A DNA stretch of 56,209 nucleotides, filler included, from Jimgerdemannia flammicorona (GCA_003990765.1; 2 parts of 2 records of this genome joined end to end with filler, not necessarily neighbours in it), one strand, 5' to 3'; positions 38,105 through 51,295 are shown, counted from the whole stretch's first letter. Translations and numbers: made by a program. Notes: a model not told the origin generated them from the sequence alone.

Positions 38105-38587
38105 CAATCCAAATACAACTCCTGAGCACTTCCCCACAATATCTCTTTACACAACTACTCCTAGTATAGCAATATCATAAATAGTGAATAAACCTATTTA
38201 ATATCCCACAAACCACTCTTAAGTAAATCTGCTCCCTGTTAGGTCCCACTCCTAACCCCATCATGAAATTTCCTAATTGGGTATTGTCTGCAGCAATATG
38301 CCAATTCAACTAAGCTGGTCTTAGTTTCTTGAACTTCCTGAAATATGGAAAATCCTGAACATCCAGAACTAGTCCGAAAAAGAACTTTGGTTGAGACATC
38401 AACCTGATCTTAAAATCAATAAGCATAGAGGACATACTCCATATGACATTGATCTTGACCATAAGAAAATGGTCTTTCAGAACATCCAGAACTTCCAGAA
38501 AACCCTTTCAGAACTATGTAATGGTTACTCTAAAAAGCAACCCTCTTATACTTTCCCATAATATCTCTTCATATAACTACTTCTAGT

Positions 38588-39011
38588 TAGTACTCCCAAA
38601 CAAGTCAAATTAATTTGAATCGAATCAAATTGAGGGTTAAATGAGTTGAATCGAATTGGGGATTTTTCAATTCAAATCAATTCGAATTGAATCAAAAGTT
38701 GAATTGAATTGAGGGTCTGATTTGAACCCTAATTTTCAAAATGCAATAACTCAGTGTAAACTCATCCAAATCTAACGTACTTTAGCTTGTTAGAATCACA
38801 TTAATACAGTGAATCTAACAAGCTAAAATACATTAAATTTGGATGAGTTTTTGTTGAGTTATTACATTTTGAAAATTAAGGTTTAAATTGAACTTCGAAT
38901 CAAATTGGACCTTTGATTTGATTTGAATCAAATTGAATTAGACCCTTGATTCAATTGAATCAAATTGAGTTTGGGCCAAATTTGATTTGATTCGATTCAT
39001 TGGGAGCACTA
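38588..39011. mobile_element. hAT-like MITE, 424 bp, largely palindromic
   Basis: TIR TAGTACTCCCAA / TTGGGAGCACTA; 8-bp TSD CT(T/C)CTAGT (38580-38587, 39012-39019); subterminal GAATC/GAATT arrays; central inverted repeat ~38720-38885. Confidence 0.85.
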
Positions 39012-39405
39012 CTCCTAGTATAGCAATATCATGAATAGTGAATAAACCTATTTAATAACCTACAAACTACTCTTAAGTAAATCTGCTCCCTATTAGGTCC
39101 TACTCCTAACACCATCACAAAATTTCCTAATTGGGTATTGTCTGCAGCGATACACCAATTCAACTAAGCTGGTCTTAGTTTCTTAAACTTCCTGAAATAC
39201 AGAAAATCCTAAATATTCAGAACTAGTCCAAAAAAGGGACTTTGGTTGAGACATCAATCTGAACTTGAAATCAATAAGTATAGAGGATGTACTCCATATG
39301 AAATTGATCTTGATCATAAGAAAACAGTCTTCCAGAATATCCAGAACTTCCAGAAAACCCTTCCAGAACTATATAATGATTATTCTAAAAAGTAACCCTC
39401 TTATA

Positions 39406-40091
39406 GTAGCTCACTCTCTAGCAACAACCACTAGCTCTGCCTCCCTCACCTTGTCAACCTCATATCCTTTTTCTTTCAAGAAAACTACAAATACCTCTAC
39501 TTTCAGGGCTTCCACCACTTTATCAGTATATAATATTTGTATCCATTAATTATTAATAAGCACCTGTAGGTCTATATTACTCAACTCCTCAACTGCCAAG
39601 TTATTCATTATCTAGCATATCCACTGTAGGTTACTTACTTTCTTTCCACCTAAAGTCACTGGTTTCCTTACTCCCAATATCAAGGTACTAGCCCCTGTAC
39701 TTGTAGTCTTATCTCACTCTTCCTTAGAGATATCCACCAGCTCATTCTCACCTACTACTACTACCAGACCTTCTTTTGTCACCTTAGGAACTCCAAAGTA
39801 TACTTGCTAGATACCCTATATAGATATATCCTCTGCTATCTGGCCCCTCAAAGCAGGACCTCTTCTGATAAGAGGAGGAGTGTCCTCTCAGACTTCAAAT
39901 GTACTATTAGTATATAGGTCTTTGCTTGACCCCTTTCTGGCCTCTTCTGGATCCTTCTCCACATTTCCTCCTCCTTCACTAGCCCAGACACTCACTTTAG
40001 CACTCTCAGTATCCTCAATACTATCAGTATCCCTCTTCATCTTCTCTTCCAGATTTGCCAGTAACTTTCTCTGCCTCTTGCACTCTTGGGA

Positions 40092-40095
<4 letters not shown>
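39406..40095 (-). mobile_element. Decayed TE fragment, possibly LINE-derived
   Basis: CpG-free and purine-rich on the minus strand like the LINE at 10-16 kb; no diagnostic motif recognised. Confidence 0.35.
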
Positions 40096-40159
<64 letters not shown>

Positions 40160-41325
40160 GACATAATGTCTCATAGATTTTAAATAGAAGAGAACCTAGA
40201 CTATATAGGCCAAAACCCTCCCCCACCACCTATCAAGCACTGCCCCCCCATTAACCTAGACTATCTATTGTCTAGCAGCTCGATCATATTAGGTACAGCA
40301 GGGCCTATGGTGGCCCATACCTCATTCTGTACACCATGCTCTCCCTACTACTAGGGGAAATCCAACCATATATCAATGACTGAAAGCACATGCCCAAGAA
40401 CTCAATGTATATACAAGGCCATGCCTGAGCTAAATAGAATAGCCCCTACTATCCCAAAGAGAATGATAGGTAAAGAAAACCTCTCATCAAAGCACAATAT
40501 GGTAGATAGGACCTGGTTCTCCCAGTCAAAATAAGTAAAGGACTTATACATGAGGTGGGAGAAGACCCCCAATACTCCACTACTCAAGCCTACAGGCCTT
40601 GATCATGTTGCCATATCAGCTCCTGATTTCAGTTGAGTATAGCCAAGATACCTAAAATAGGTAGTCTTAGGCCCCCTGACCCCCCCTGATGACCAGGGCC
40701 CAATCTGCCAACCCACCAAAAGAAGCTGAGAGTGATACCTACCACCTAACTATGCTGTACCAATCAAAAGGCCCCACTGAAGTAGTACTCACCCTAGTCC
40801 TGACAACTGCCCCCAGCCTAGTACTCTACTGGTTTACTATTATTATCCTTCCTTCTATCTATGATGGCCATCTCCCCTCTCATCCCAACAATACCTGAAA
40901 AGTAGTCACCTATGCCAGAACTGCACTTGTCAGGAAGCTCGCCAAAGTCAGAGGGCCCCACCACAGGCACCAAGGACCTGTAGGTAATCTACACTGAGCA
41001 CTTGATGCCCAAGGTCAGCCAACTCCCTATGTAGCCCAAGATACACTGAGACAACATCTTGTTGGTGACAGCAAAAGGAAGAAGGTGCCACACCAAAACA
41101 GATGCACTTCAGATACAGCTGAAGGTACCAGAAACTACGAAAAAGTAGAGAAGACACTGATCTGACACCAATAAAGGGGCAACTCATCACTATTGCCTCT
41201 CTCTCACTGCTCTGCAACAGATATAGCAAACCAATCTGAGATAGAGGGGGTAATAATTGTGGAAAGTGGACTTGAAAGGTTGTCTACCAAACTATTGTGG
41301 CTGATAAAATAGCAGAGAAAAGAGC
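40096..41325 (-). mobile_element. ~1.18-kb poly(A) retroposon, copy 2
   Basis: ~60-nt poly(T) at the left end; same 5' end as the other copies; no TSD seen. Confidence 0.85.
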
Positions 41326-41326
41326 A

Positions 41327-42410
41327 TCTATTGAGTCAATTGTTACCAAACTATCCATCAAGATCCAGAAATATTGGAAATAAGTAGACTTTAAGATCAC
41401 ACTACTAAGAGATTATAATTTGATCTTAAGAAAACCCTGGCTCATGAAGTATAATCCAAACATTGATTGGTATAAGAATGAAGTTACTTTACTTCAAGAT
41501 AGAGTAAATATTACTATTAAGACAGATAAGTCTATAAATAAGACCCTAGTTACAATACTGTCAGTAATATAATACAATATATGAAAGTATTCAAGAGGGT
41601 AGTATATATCTTTATTGCAATCATCTATCTTAAGAAATAAGATAAGAAGCTGTCAATTAATAAAAGTATCAAGCTACTACTTAAAGAATTTAAAGATATC
41701 TTCTCAGACAAGTTATCTATGAGAAGTTGAATATAAAATTAAACTGATCCCAGGAGCTGTACTATTCAAGAAACATATATACCACATATCACTACTTGAA
41801 ATTGAAATAGTTAAGAAAGAACTAGAGGAACTATCTGTATAAAGAGCTATTTAACCCAGTAAATCTCCCTATGACTTACCAATTCTATTTATTAAGAAGA
41901 AGAATAGTACTCTATAAATATATATAGATTACTATATATTCAATAAGCTTATAGTCAAGAACTGATATCTATTACTCTTGATTGATCAAATTTTTGATAC
42001 TCTCAAGAATGTCAAGTACTTCACCAAGTTGGATCTTATGTCAGATTATCACTAAATCTGAATTAAGCCAGAAGATATTCCCAAGACTATATTCATGATC
42101 TCCTTTAGATTCTATCAATTTCTAATTCTAGTATTTGATTTTACCAATATATATATCTGCCATATTCCAGACCTTCATGAATAAGATATTCAAGAACCAA
42201 CTATTTATCTTCTTATTGATATATCTTAATAATATTCTGATCTTTAGTACAACTAAAGAAGAATATCTCAAGTATATCCAAATAGTTCTAGAGATACATA
42301 TTATAAAAATACAAGCTTTATATAAAGCTTAAGAAGTGTAAATTCTTCAAAGAATAAGTCAAATATCTTGGCCACATTATCTCTGTATAAAGAATTCAAG
42401 TAGCCTGAAG
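41327..42410 (+). pseudogene. pol: Ty3/Gypsy pol fragment (protease end and RT)
   Basis: LILRKPWL; PSKSPYDLPILFIKKK; YFTKLDLMSDYH; LIYLNNILIFS (decayed YLDD); KYLGHII. Confidence 0.85.
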
Positions 42411-42475
42411 AGGTTACATTATCTAAGGGCATAGTGGCTGAAGAGAGCTATGGAACTGAGGGATGGTAGCTGGGT

Positions 42476-43584
42476 TGTAAGTATATAACCTCCAAGCTAC
42501 CAAAATCACATAGCATCCTCAGAACTAATTTGGAAACCACATGCAAGACTACAAAATAAGTTACTGAAGAGATCATCTGATTATACAAAATATGTCAGCA
42601 AGCATGAGAACCCACCGCCAAGATACAAGAATACTAGAAGAAGTACTACAACCATAAGACTGACTCTGAACCGCTATAACTAGTTTGGTATACTGTACTA
42701 TTACAAAAGGAAACTGAAAGTACCAAACTCAAATCGAGACAAGAAGAACCCTATCTTATCTATTAAAAAGTTCACAAACTGCACTTATCAACTCAAGACC
42801 AAGGTACACTGTGACTATATAAGATCTCATTACTTAGCAGAAACAAAACACATTTGAACAACTCTATTTGCTCTATCTGTGTCACCTCTGTTAGAGAGTG
42901 ACAGATGCTTCATCTGAACTCAAGAAAGCCGACATCATTGAAACCAATCTCAAGTTATCCACATGACAGATATTACTATTAGAAATTGTCTCAGATTACA
43001 GAAAATATCATTTCCAAGAGGTTTGAACTCCCAGCCATGACATTGAGAACCCTTGTCCTAGATGAGAATGGCCAGTCCTCACAAATGTACCAGCAGACCA
43101 AAAAAAAAGAGAATCAAGACCTGTTATCTTTGTACAACCACTGCCACCAAGGACAGCCTTAATCTTATAAGAGATAGAAGTGATGATATCTTGAAACTGA
43201 TGATATCAGAAGTCAGAAAACTACTCATACTTTGCCAGTGATGATGTCATCAATAGTGATGCATCAAAGACTACCCAGACAGTGCCTAAACCTATAAATA
43301 GCTTAGCAGTCATAGTATAGTTAGACTAGCCTTCTGTGAACTGACTCAGCAGTCAGATAATTTCTTGACATATCAGATCACACTTGTACTACATGACTGC
43401 ATTCCAACTCAGCAAGACACTTAGTATTATATCCATATTTAGCATAATCCAGATAGCCCCTCACTAGTATAAATACCCCCTCCCCCAGACCTCAGAATTC
43501 AGACTTAAAAACAGACTTGAACAATCTGAATATAACTTCTGAACACTTCTCTACAATATCCCTTCACACAACTACTTCTAGTAT
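42476..43584 (+). mobile_element. G2 LTR type B, 3'-truncated
   Basis: Starts TGTAAGTATATAACC, matches 36958-38165 and ends abruptly at the retroposon copy. Confidence 0.88.
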
Positions 43585-44775
43585 CACTCCTTTCTCCATT
43601 ACCTTACTGGTCACAAGGTTTGGTAAGTGACCTTCCAAGTCTCCTTTCCCCTATTATTACCTCCTCTACCTTAGGTTGGTTTGCTGTACCTGCAGGAGCA
43701 TAGTGGGAGGAGAGCAATGGTATTGAGTTGCCCCTTTATCGTTGTTGGATTGGTGCTTCCTCCACTTTTTCATGGATTCTGGTATCATCTAGCTGCATCT
43801 GAAGTGTACTCATTTTGGTGTGGCATCTTCTTCCTTTTGCCATCACCAACAAGGAGTTGTCTCGGTGTGTCTTGGACTACATAGGGAGTCAGCTGACCTT
43901 GGGTATCAAGTGCTCAGTGTAGGTTACCTGCAGGTCCTCAGTGCCTGTAGTGGGGCCCTCTGACTTTGGTAAGCTTCCCGGCAAGCACGGTTCTAGCATA
44001 GGTGACTGTTTTTTGGGTATTGTCAGGATGGGAGGGGAGATGGTCATCACAGATAAGAGGAAGGGTGATAATGATAAACCAGTAGAGTACCAAGCTGGGG
44101 GCAGTCATCAGGGCTGGGGTGGGTACTGCTTTAGTGGGGTCTTTTGATTGGTACAGTGTAGTTAGGTAGTAGGTATCACTCTTGGCTTCTTTTGATGGTC
44201 AGCAGGGTTGGGCCCCAGTCATCAGGGGGGGGTTGGGGGGCCTGAGGCTACCTATTTCAGATATCTTGGCTGCACTCAACTGGAACTAGGAGCTGATATG
44301 GTAATGTGATCAAGGCCTACAAGCTTGAGTAGTGGGATATTGGGAGTTTTCTCCCACCTCATGTGTAAGTCCTTTACTCACCTTGACTGGGAGAACCAGG
44401 CCTTACCCACCATGTTGTGCTTTGATGAGGGTTTTTCTTTGCCTATTATTCTCTTTGGGGTAGCAGGGGCTATTCTATTTGGCTTGGGCATAGCCTTGTA
44501 TATATGTTGGGTTCTCAGGCATGCACTTTCGGTCATTGGTATATGGTTGAGTTTCCCCTGGTGGTAGAGAGAGCATGGTGTACAGAATGAGGTGTGGGCC
44601 AATATAGGCCCTGCTGCATCTGGTATGATCAAGCTACTGGACAATAGCTAGCCTAGGTTAATGGGGGGGCAGTGCTTGGTGGGTGGTGGGGGAGGGTTTT
44701 GGCCTATATAGTCTAGGTTCCCTTCCAATAAAAATCTGCGAGACATGAGTCCATTAAAAAAAAAAAAAATAAAAA
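43585..44775 (+). mobile_element. ~1.18-kb poly(A) retroposon, copy 3
   Basis: G-rich 3' end, AATAAA and poly(A); same 5' end as the other copies. Confidence 0.85.
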
Positions 44776-44779
44776 CTAT

Positions 44780-45305
44780 TTGTAAATATTATTGATAGAT
44801 AATGCTACTTATACTATATACCAGAATATCATCTAGATAGACTAGAATAAATATTCTGAAATATTTATAAAAAATATCATTTATCAATATTTAGAAGATT
44901 ACTAGTATATTGGTGAGGTCAAATAGTATTTTACAGAATTTATAGTATTTAAATTTTATTTAAAAGACTGTTTTGAAGATATTTTCTTTTTTGATATAAA
45001 TTTGGTAATATCTAAAAGTAAGGTCAATAAGTGAAAAGGTCTTGGTCTTATATACTTAGTCAAGTAGTTTATCAATTTATGAGAGTATATATCAGTAATT
45101 AATATATATAGAGAGACTTCTATCTTTTTTGTAAATAAAGAGAATTAGTGTGTTATATAGTGATTTCAATAGATGGATGAGTCCTTTGCTTGCTAATTCT
45201 ACTAATTATTCTTTAAGAATCTCTAACTTAGATTAAACTAATTAATAGATTTTATAGTAGAGAGAGTCTAAATCAGAATAGTTTCAATACTATATTCTAC
45301 TATTC
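44780..45305 (-). pseudogene. Heavily decayed Ty3/Gypsy RT fragment
   Basis: SKGLIHLLKSLYNTLILFIYKKDRSL (decayed KG.IRPSKSPYGAPVLFV.KKDGSL) and FSLIDLTFRYYQI. Confidence 0.7.
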
Positions 45306-45643
45306 AGGTAAGTCCTATTTCATATATACATAAGTTAAACTTTATCTTTAGAAGAGCTTTAGTTAACAAATCTGCTATCATATATACTATTGAGATATAC
45401 TTTAGATATATAGTACTGTTTTCTATATATTTCTATATAAAATGATATTATATATCAATTACTTTATTCTAGTATAATATATAGAGTTCTTTGCTAGAGC
45501 AAATAGATTGGTTATCTTGCTAAAGTAGCATAAAGTACTGTTGTTTATATTCTAACTCCTTTAGTAGTTCCTGAAGTCATATAGTTTTTTTCATTATCAT
45601 TGACAATACTTAATATTCAGCTTATATAGAGGATGTTACTATT

Positions 45644-46831
45644 CAGCTTCCCTTTCTCCGCTACCTTACCAGTCACAATGGTATGGTAGGCAACCTTCTG
45701 AGTCTACTTTCCACAATTATTACCCCCTCTACCTCAGGTTGGTTTGCTGTACCTGTTGCAGGACAGTGGGAGGGAGACAATAGTGATAAGTTGCCTCTTT
45801 ATCAGTGTCAGATTAGTGTCTTCTCTACTTTTTTGCAGTTTCTGGTGCCTTCAGCTATATCTGGAGTGCATCTGTTTTGGTGTTGTATCTTCTTCCTTTT
45901 GCTGTTACCAACAAGATACTATCTTGGTATATCTCAGGCTATGTAGGAAGTTGGCTGACCTTGGGTATCAAGTACTCAGTATAGGTTATCTGCAGGTCCT
46001 TAGTACCTATGGTGGGGCCCTCTGGCTTTGGTGAGCTTCCCAGTGAGCATAGTTCTGACATAAGTGACTGCTTTTTGGGTATTGTTGGGATGGGAGTGAA
46101 GATGGCTATCACAGATAGGAGGAAGGGCAATAATGGTGAACCAGTAGAATACTAGACTGGGGGTAGTCATTGGGGCTGAGGCAGGTGTTGCTTTGGTGGG
46201 GCCTTTTGATTGGTATGGTATGATTTGATAGTAAGTATCACTCTCAGCTTCTTTTGGTAATTTGGTGGATTGGACCTTGGTTGTCAGGGGGGGTCAGGGG
46301 GCCCAAGGCTAAGGCATCTTGACTGTACTCAACTGGAATCAGAAGCTGACATGGCAACATAATCAAGGCCTATAGACTTGAGTAGTGGGGTATTAGGAGT
46401 CTCCTCCCATCTCATGTATAAGTCCTTTACTTACCTCAACTGAGAGAACTAGGTCCTACCCACCATGTTGTACTTTGATTTTACCTATCATTCTCTTTGG
46501 GGTAGTAGGGACTATTCTATTTAGCTCAGACATAGTCTTATACATATGTTGGAGTCTTGGGTGTACACTTTTGATTATTGGCATATGGCTGGGATTCCCC
46601 TGGTAGTAGAGAGAGCATGGTGCACAGAATGAGGTACAGGCCAACATAGGCCCTGCTGCACCTGGCATGATTGAGCTGCTAGACAATAGCTAGCCTAGGT
46701 TAATGGGGGAGCAGTGCTTGATGGGTGGTAGGGGAGGGTTTTGGCCTATATAGTCTAGGTTCCCTTTCAATAAAATCTGTAAGACATTGAGTCCATTAAA
46801 AAAAAAAAAAAAAAAAAAAACAAAAAAAAAA
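45644..46831 (+). mobile_element. ~1.18-kb poly(A) retroposon, copy 4, inserted in the Copia RNase H
   Basis: 16-bp TSD AGAG(G/A)ATGTTACTATT (45628-45643, 46832-46847) and poly(A) tail. Confidence 0.92.
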
Positions 46832-49800
46832 AGAGAATGTTACTATTGAAGATTACTTGTATATTTGGTATAAAATAGCTATATTTTTACTGATTTAGAA
46901 GACATATCTGATCACAGAGTACTGATCATTAAGAATCTCTAGTCCAATCTATATTATATATACTAGTTAATCTTATAGTACTCCTACTTGATTAATTATT
47001 ACTTAAATGTAATATATAGTATACTATATCTTTGATATATCTGAAAATATACTTAATTGCTATCTAATGGATATTATTATAGTAGAATGAGTATTGCACT
47101 CCTTTGTTGACTATATATAATATATTGGACCTTATCCTAAGTATAAGATATATAAGAGATCTCATAGCTTACTAATAGAGAATATTATTATCTTTAGGCA
47201 TAGTATCACTAGACTTCTTTAATCTTATAGATATCTCTATAGATATTCCAACTGGCTTGTATTTACTTATACTAAATTATTTAAGTATAGTCTAAATATA
47301 TATAGCTTGTGATAGATATATAGTATATTTATATCTATTATATATAATTAATATTCTAAGAAGATAGAATATATTACTCATATCTATCATCTTGAATTCT
47401 TAGTTTAATATCACCTTTATATTATTGATCTTGCTTACTGTTCTGATCAAAATAATATCATTTATCCAAATTCTTAGATATACTATTTCTGAGGATATAT
47501 GTTAGGTATATATATATATATAGATCAGCCTTATAATATTTAAATCTATTATCTAAGAGATATTTATTAATTTCTCAGTTCCACAGTCTTAATACTTATT
47601 TGATGTCATAGAAACCTTTATATAATTTGTATATAAGTTCCTTTTACTCATTATTATATAGTTTATATTCTTATAGTTAATATTTATATAGCTCTATATC
47701 TATATTACTGTTAAAAAAGGCTGTCTTAATATCTATTTGATAGATTTCATAATTATATTTAACTTTAATCATAAGAAGTATTCTAAGTAAAGTAAGTTTG
47801 AATATAGGAAAAAGGTCTCATTATAGTCTATACTGTATTTTTATGAATATCTCTTTATTACAAATTGAGCTTTATAATACTCTATTATTCTATCAGCTTT
47901 ATACTTAATCTTATAAACTCATTTCAATTCTATAGCTTGTCTATCTATTAAGAGAGAGACTAAATTCTAGGTATTATCCTTAATAAGTAAATTGTATTCC
48001 TTGTCTATAGTCTTTTTTCACTCCTTTTTATTATTTGAGTATATAGCTTTATCATAATATACTAGTTCATCAGTTATTACAATATAAACATACTTATAAG
48101 TACTAGTATAGTTTATGTAATATTTGTGGTTATAATGAGATATATATCTTAAGTAGGTTCCAATACTTCTAAATCTGCTTTAACTTTATTTTATAGCCTA
48201 GATCTATATTTTTTCTTACCTTTTAGAAAGATATTTTTCTCCTCTTTATCATTTGTAATATCTATAATTCTTGGTTTAAGAAGTTTTGTAGGCATAGATA
48301 TAGATTGTACTATCAGAATCTTAACTATTAATATAGAGAGCATTCTACTTACTATTAGTATAAATGATGCTAGCTGTATCATTAGGTTAATAGAGATAGA
48401 AATTTCCATATAAATTTTCTACTTAGTCTACTTGAACTGAATATTATAAGAGATAACTATATAGTGTTTCTGTAGGTTCTATAATCTATATACTATTCTA
48501 TCATATTTAAGAAATATATACTTATCTGTCTTAGACTTGAATTTGTCTTTATTGCTATCTTTATCTAGAATATAAGTCTCACTTCTAAATATCTATAAGT
48601 GTGAGATATCAGACTTGGATCTATTCTACAATTCTTTAGAAGTAAGATCAGCATTATTTCCAGATTATTAATTATTGTTATTTCTGGATTACTAATTACC
48701 AGATCTGCTGGATCTATCAGAATCCTTGCTTAGAGCTTGAGAAACACAATGATTTCAGATATATACTACTATATTTATACTTCAGCCCAAAAAAAGTATA
48801 GTAAGCTGGCTGTATTTATTGTCATTTAAACTATCTCTACTATTGTTTAGTAAAAGTATTCTACAACACTATTCTATTGAGGTGTATAGAGGAGTATTGA
48901 ATACTATGCTTCTTCAAAAAGTCTCTGAAGACTTTATTGATATATTTCTTACTATTATCTGAGCATAGAGTCTATATCTTATATCTTATTTTATTCTTTA
49001 CAATTATCTTAAATTTTCAGAATTTTTCAAATACCTTATTCTTTATTATAAGGAAGTATATATAGACTTTGTAAATATAATTATCAATAAAAGTGATAAA
49101 ATATCTCTTCTCAGAGTATATTAAAGTTTATATAGAGCTACAGATATCTATATATATCAGATTGAGAATTCTGACTACTTGCTTTATCTATTTCTAAAAA
49201 GGTTATCAGAAAGTCTTATTTGCTATATATTTATTACAAAGACTGAAATCTGGTGATATATAGTTCAGTAATCTATATATAGATTTACTCCTTATTATTT
49301 ATTTCAGGCTTTTTTTACTAATATATCCCAAGCATTCATACCATATATATTAGAGATCCTCTTTAGTTGTAGTTGCAGAATATACAGATAATATACTACT
49401 CAGTATACTATCAATTGTATATAGGTTTCTCTTTTTTGATATATATTATGGCAGTATAGCCGAATTAGGAAGAAGAAAATAGGGAATAGACACTTGATCA
49501 CACCCATTCCCAAAGTAGTATAGTTTTATAGTTAGCAGTCACTGATTTCGACATTGTCTAAATTTCTAGACATTGTCCAAATTGAATACCCTGATTTAGT
49601 ATAGTATTTCGACATTGTCTAAATTTCTAAACATTGTCTAAATGACTCATAACTTAGCTGCATAACTCAGTAGCCATCTCATAGCTAGCAAACTTATATA
49701 AATAACTCAGTATCTTCAAGTGAATAAACCTCAGATTGAAAGTGTTAGTAAAAGAACAAGTATACTGATAAAGGAACTTTCGAGATTATCTCTTAAAACA

Positions 49801-50001
49801 CATTTGGCCTCAAGGAACTACTGACTCTGGGAGTCAAGAAGACAAGAATTCAAGATAAAGAAATCTGACATACTTGCCCCCCTTAGTATCTGCTATGTTA
49901 CAACTTGGTGCCCATTGGCTGGTGATTCAAGATGAATCCCTCACTTTCAAGCTGAACAATGAACAACTGCAATCAGAACGCATACAATACAATCAGACAG
50001 A

Positions 50002-51295
50002 ATGGATATGACACCCCCCATATTCTATGGATATACGTCCGACGAATCAATCATCATCTTCATTGATGATTTCGAGCAGTATACCACTGTAAGGACCTTA
50101 AGTGCAGCACAATAAGTAGCCCTACTCCCTGTAAGTCTCCGAGGCCCAGCAAGAACTGTGTTTACTGCAGCCAATGTACAAGCAGCTGATGATCCAGCAA
50201 GAATCATAGCTTTCAAGACCTGGCTCTGAGTAACCTACTATACAGATGAAATCAAACAGGCACTCAAAGATCAACTGAATACTATCTGCCAAGGAATGTC
50301 TGAAGACCCAAACACATTCTATACAAGAATCCGACATCAAATAGTCCTTGCTGACTACCCCGATGCAGTTCAAGACCAAGTGGCCAAGAATACCTTTATG
50401 AAAGGCATTCACCAAGAAATTACTTTAGCCATTCAATCTACCCCAACACCACTGGACCTGGGACAGAAGATTACCTATGCCCAAAGATACTAGACTGCCA
50501 GACACCCTCAAGACCATACAATGGAAAGAATAACTGGAGTAAAAATCGAACAAGCACCAAGAGTCACCAATACAATCCCAGCTACCATAGTCAACTGGAA
50601 TACACAACTGCAACCACAAGACCAGAGAAGGGTCGACCCAATGGAGGAACTGGCCAAACAGTTTGCAGAAATGACTGCACACCTCAGCGATGTAGTCAAA
50701 GAGTTCAAGAAGAAGCCAGTATAGAAGTTTGCCACTACAAATGCAAGACAATCAATAACATGCTATAACTGTGGAGAAGAAGGCCACTATATCTCTGAAT
50801 GTATGACAGAAACCAAGCAAAAGGCCAATCCAAGCAATGCAACCAGAAACCATGAACAAGCAAACACTATCACCTTTGAGGAGATTGGAGAATCCGAGGA
50901 AGAAAGAGAGGAATGGGAAGCTTACTCTACCATCTCAAGTAAGAAGGATGTCTGATCCAGTCTCTACAAAAGACCTCCAGGCAGACCTCCTAAGAAGGCC
51001 CAGACACAGACAAAACAATCAGAAACAGTCATCAAAAAAGGAATTCAGCAGAGTGAAGCTGACCAAGATATGGAGCTAGAACAAAATACTGAGCTGGAGC
51101 AAGCAGTAGAAGATATTATTCGAAATACTACTCCATCAAGTAAAGGGAAGAAGGAGCAGAAACTGTGCAAGAGCAAGACCTTCAAGTATGACATCTTCAA
51201 GGACCTCAAGGACCAAAAGGTCAATGCAACCTTTGGCCAGCTGGCTAAAATTCCAACATTTAGACAACAAATGAGGACAGGTATCTCAGACATTG
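50002..51295 (+). pseudogene. gag: gag (G1 copy 2)
   Basis: MDMTPPIFYG...; QGMSEDPNTFYTRI; knuckle CYNCGEEGHYISEC (~50761); single frame with point stops. Confidence 0.88.

Larger units (their letters stand above)
30005..38550 (+). mobile_element. Chromovirus-like Ty3/Gypsy element G2, internally deleted (gag-dUTPase-PR, chromodomain remnant; no RT/RH/IN)
   Basis: 5' LTR 30005-31323 + 33398-33564; 3' LTR 36958-38550; TSD CTTTC (30000-30004, 38551-38555); PBS at 33568; PPT AAGAAGGGGAGAG at 36944-36956. Confidence 0.92.
29121..39405 (+). mobile_element. Outer G2 LTR type B (5'-truncated), split by insertions into 29121-30004, 38556-38587 and 39020-39405
   Basis: LTR sequence resumes in register after each TSD and ends CCCTCTTATA at 39405. 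Confidence 0.85.

Noticed and set aside
28255..39405. Split and inverted repeats suggesting a DIRS/Ngaro tyrosine-recombinase element
   Set aside because: The arrangement is explained by nested LTR insertions with 5-bp TSDs, PBS and PPT; no tyrosine recombinase motif was seen.
39888..40229. ORF with a poly-lysine run
   Set aside because: It is the retroposon poly(A) tail read into flanking DNA.
49906..49922. Assigning a primer tRNA to the G1 PBS (TGGTGCCCATTGG)
   Set aside because: Decay from TGGCGCCCG makes several tRNAs possible, and it does not match the tRNA-Pro in this window; the host tRNA set is needed.
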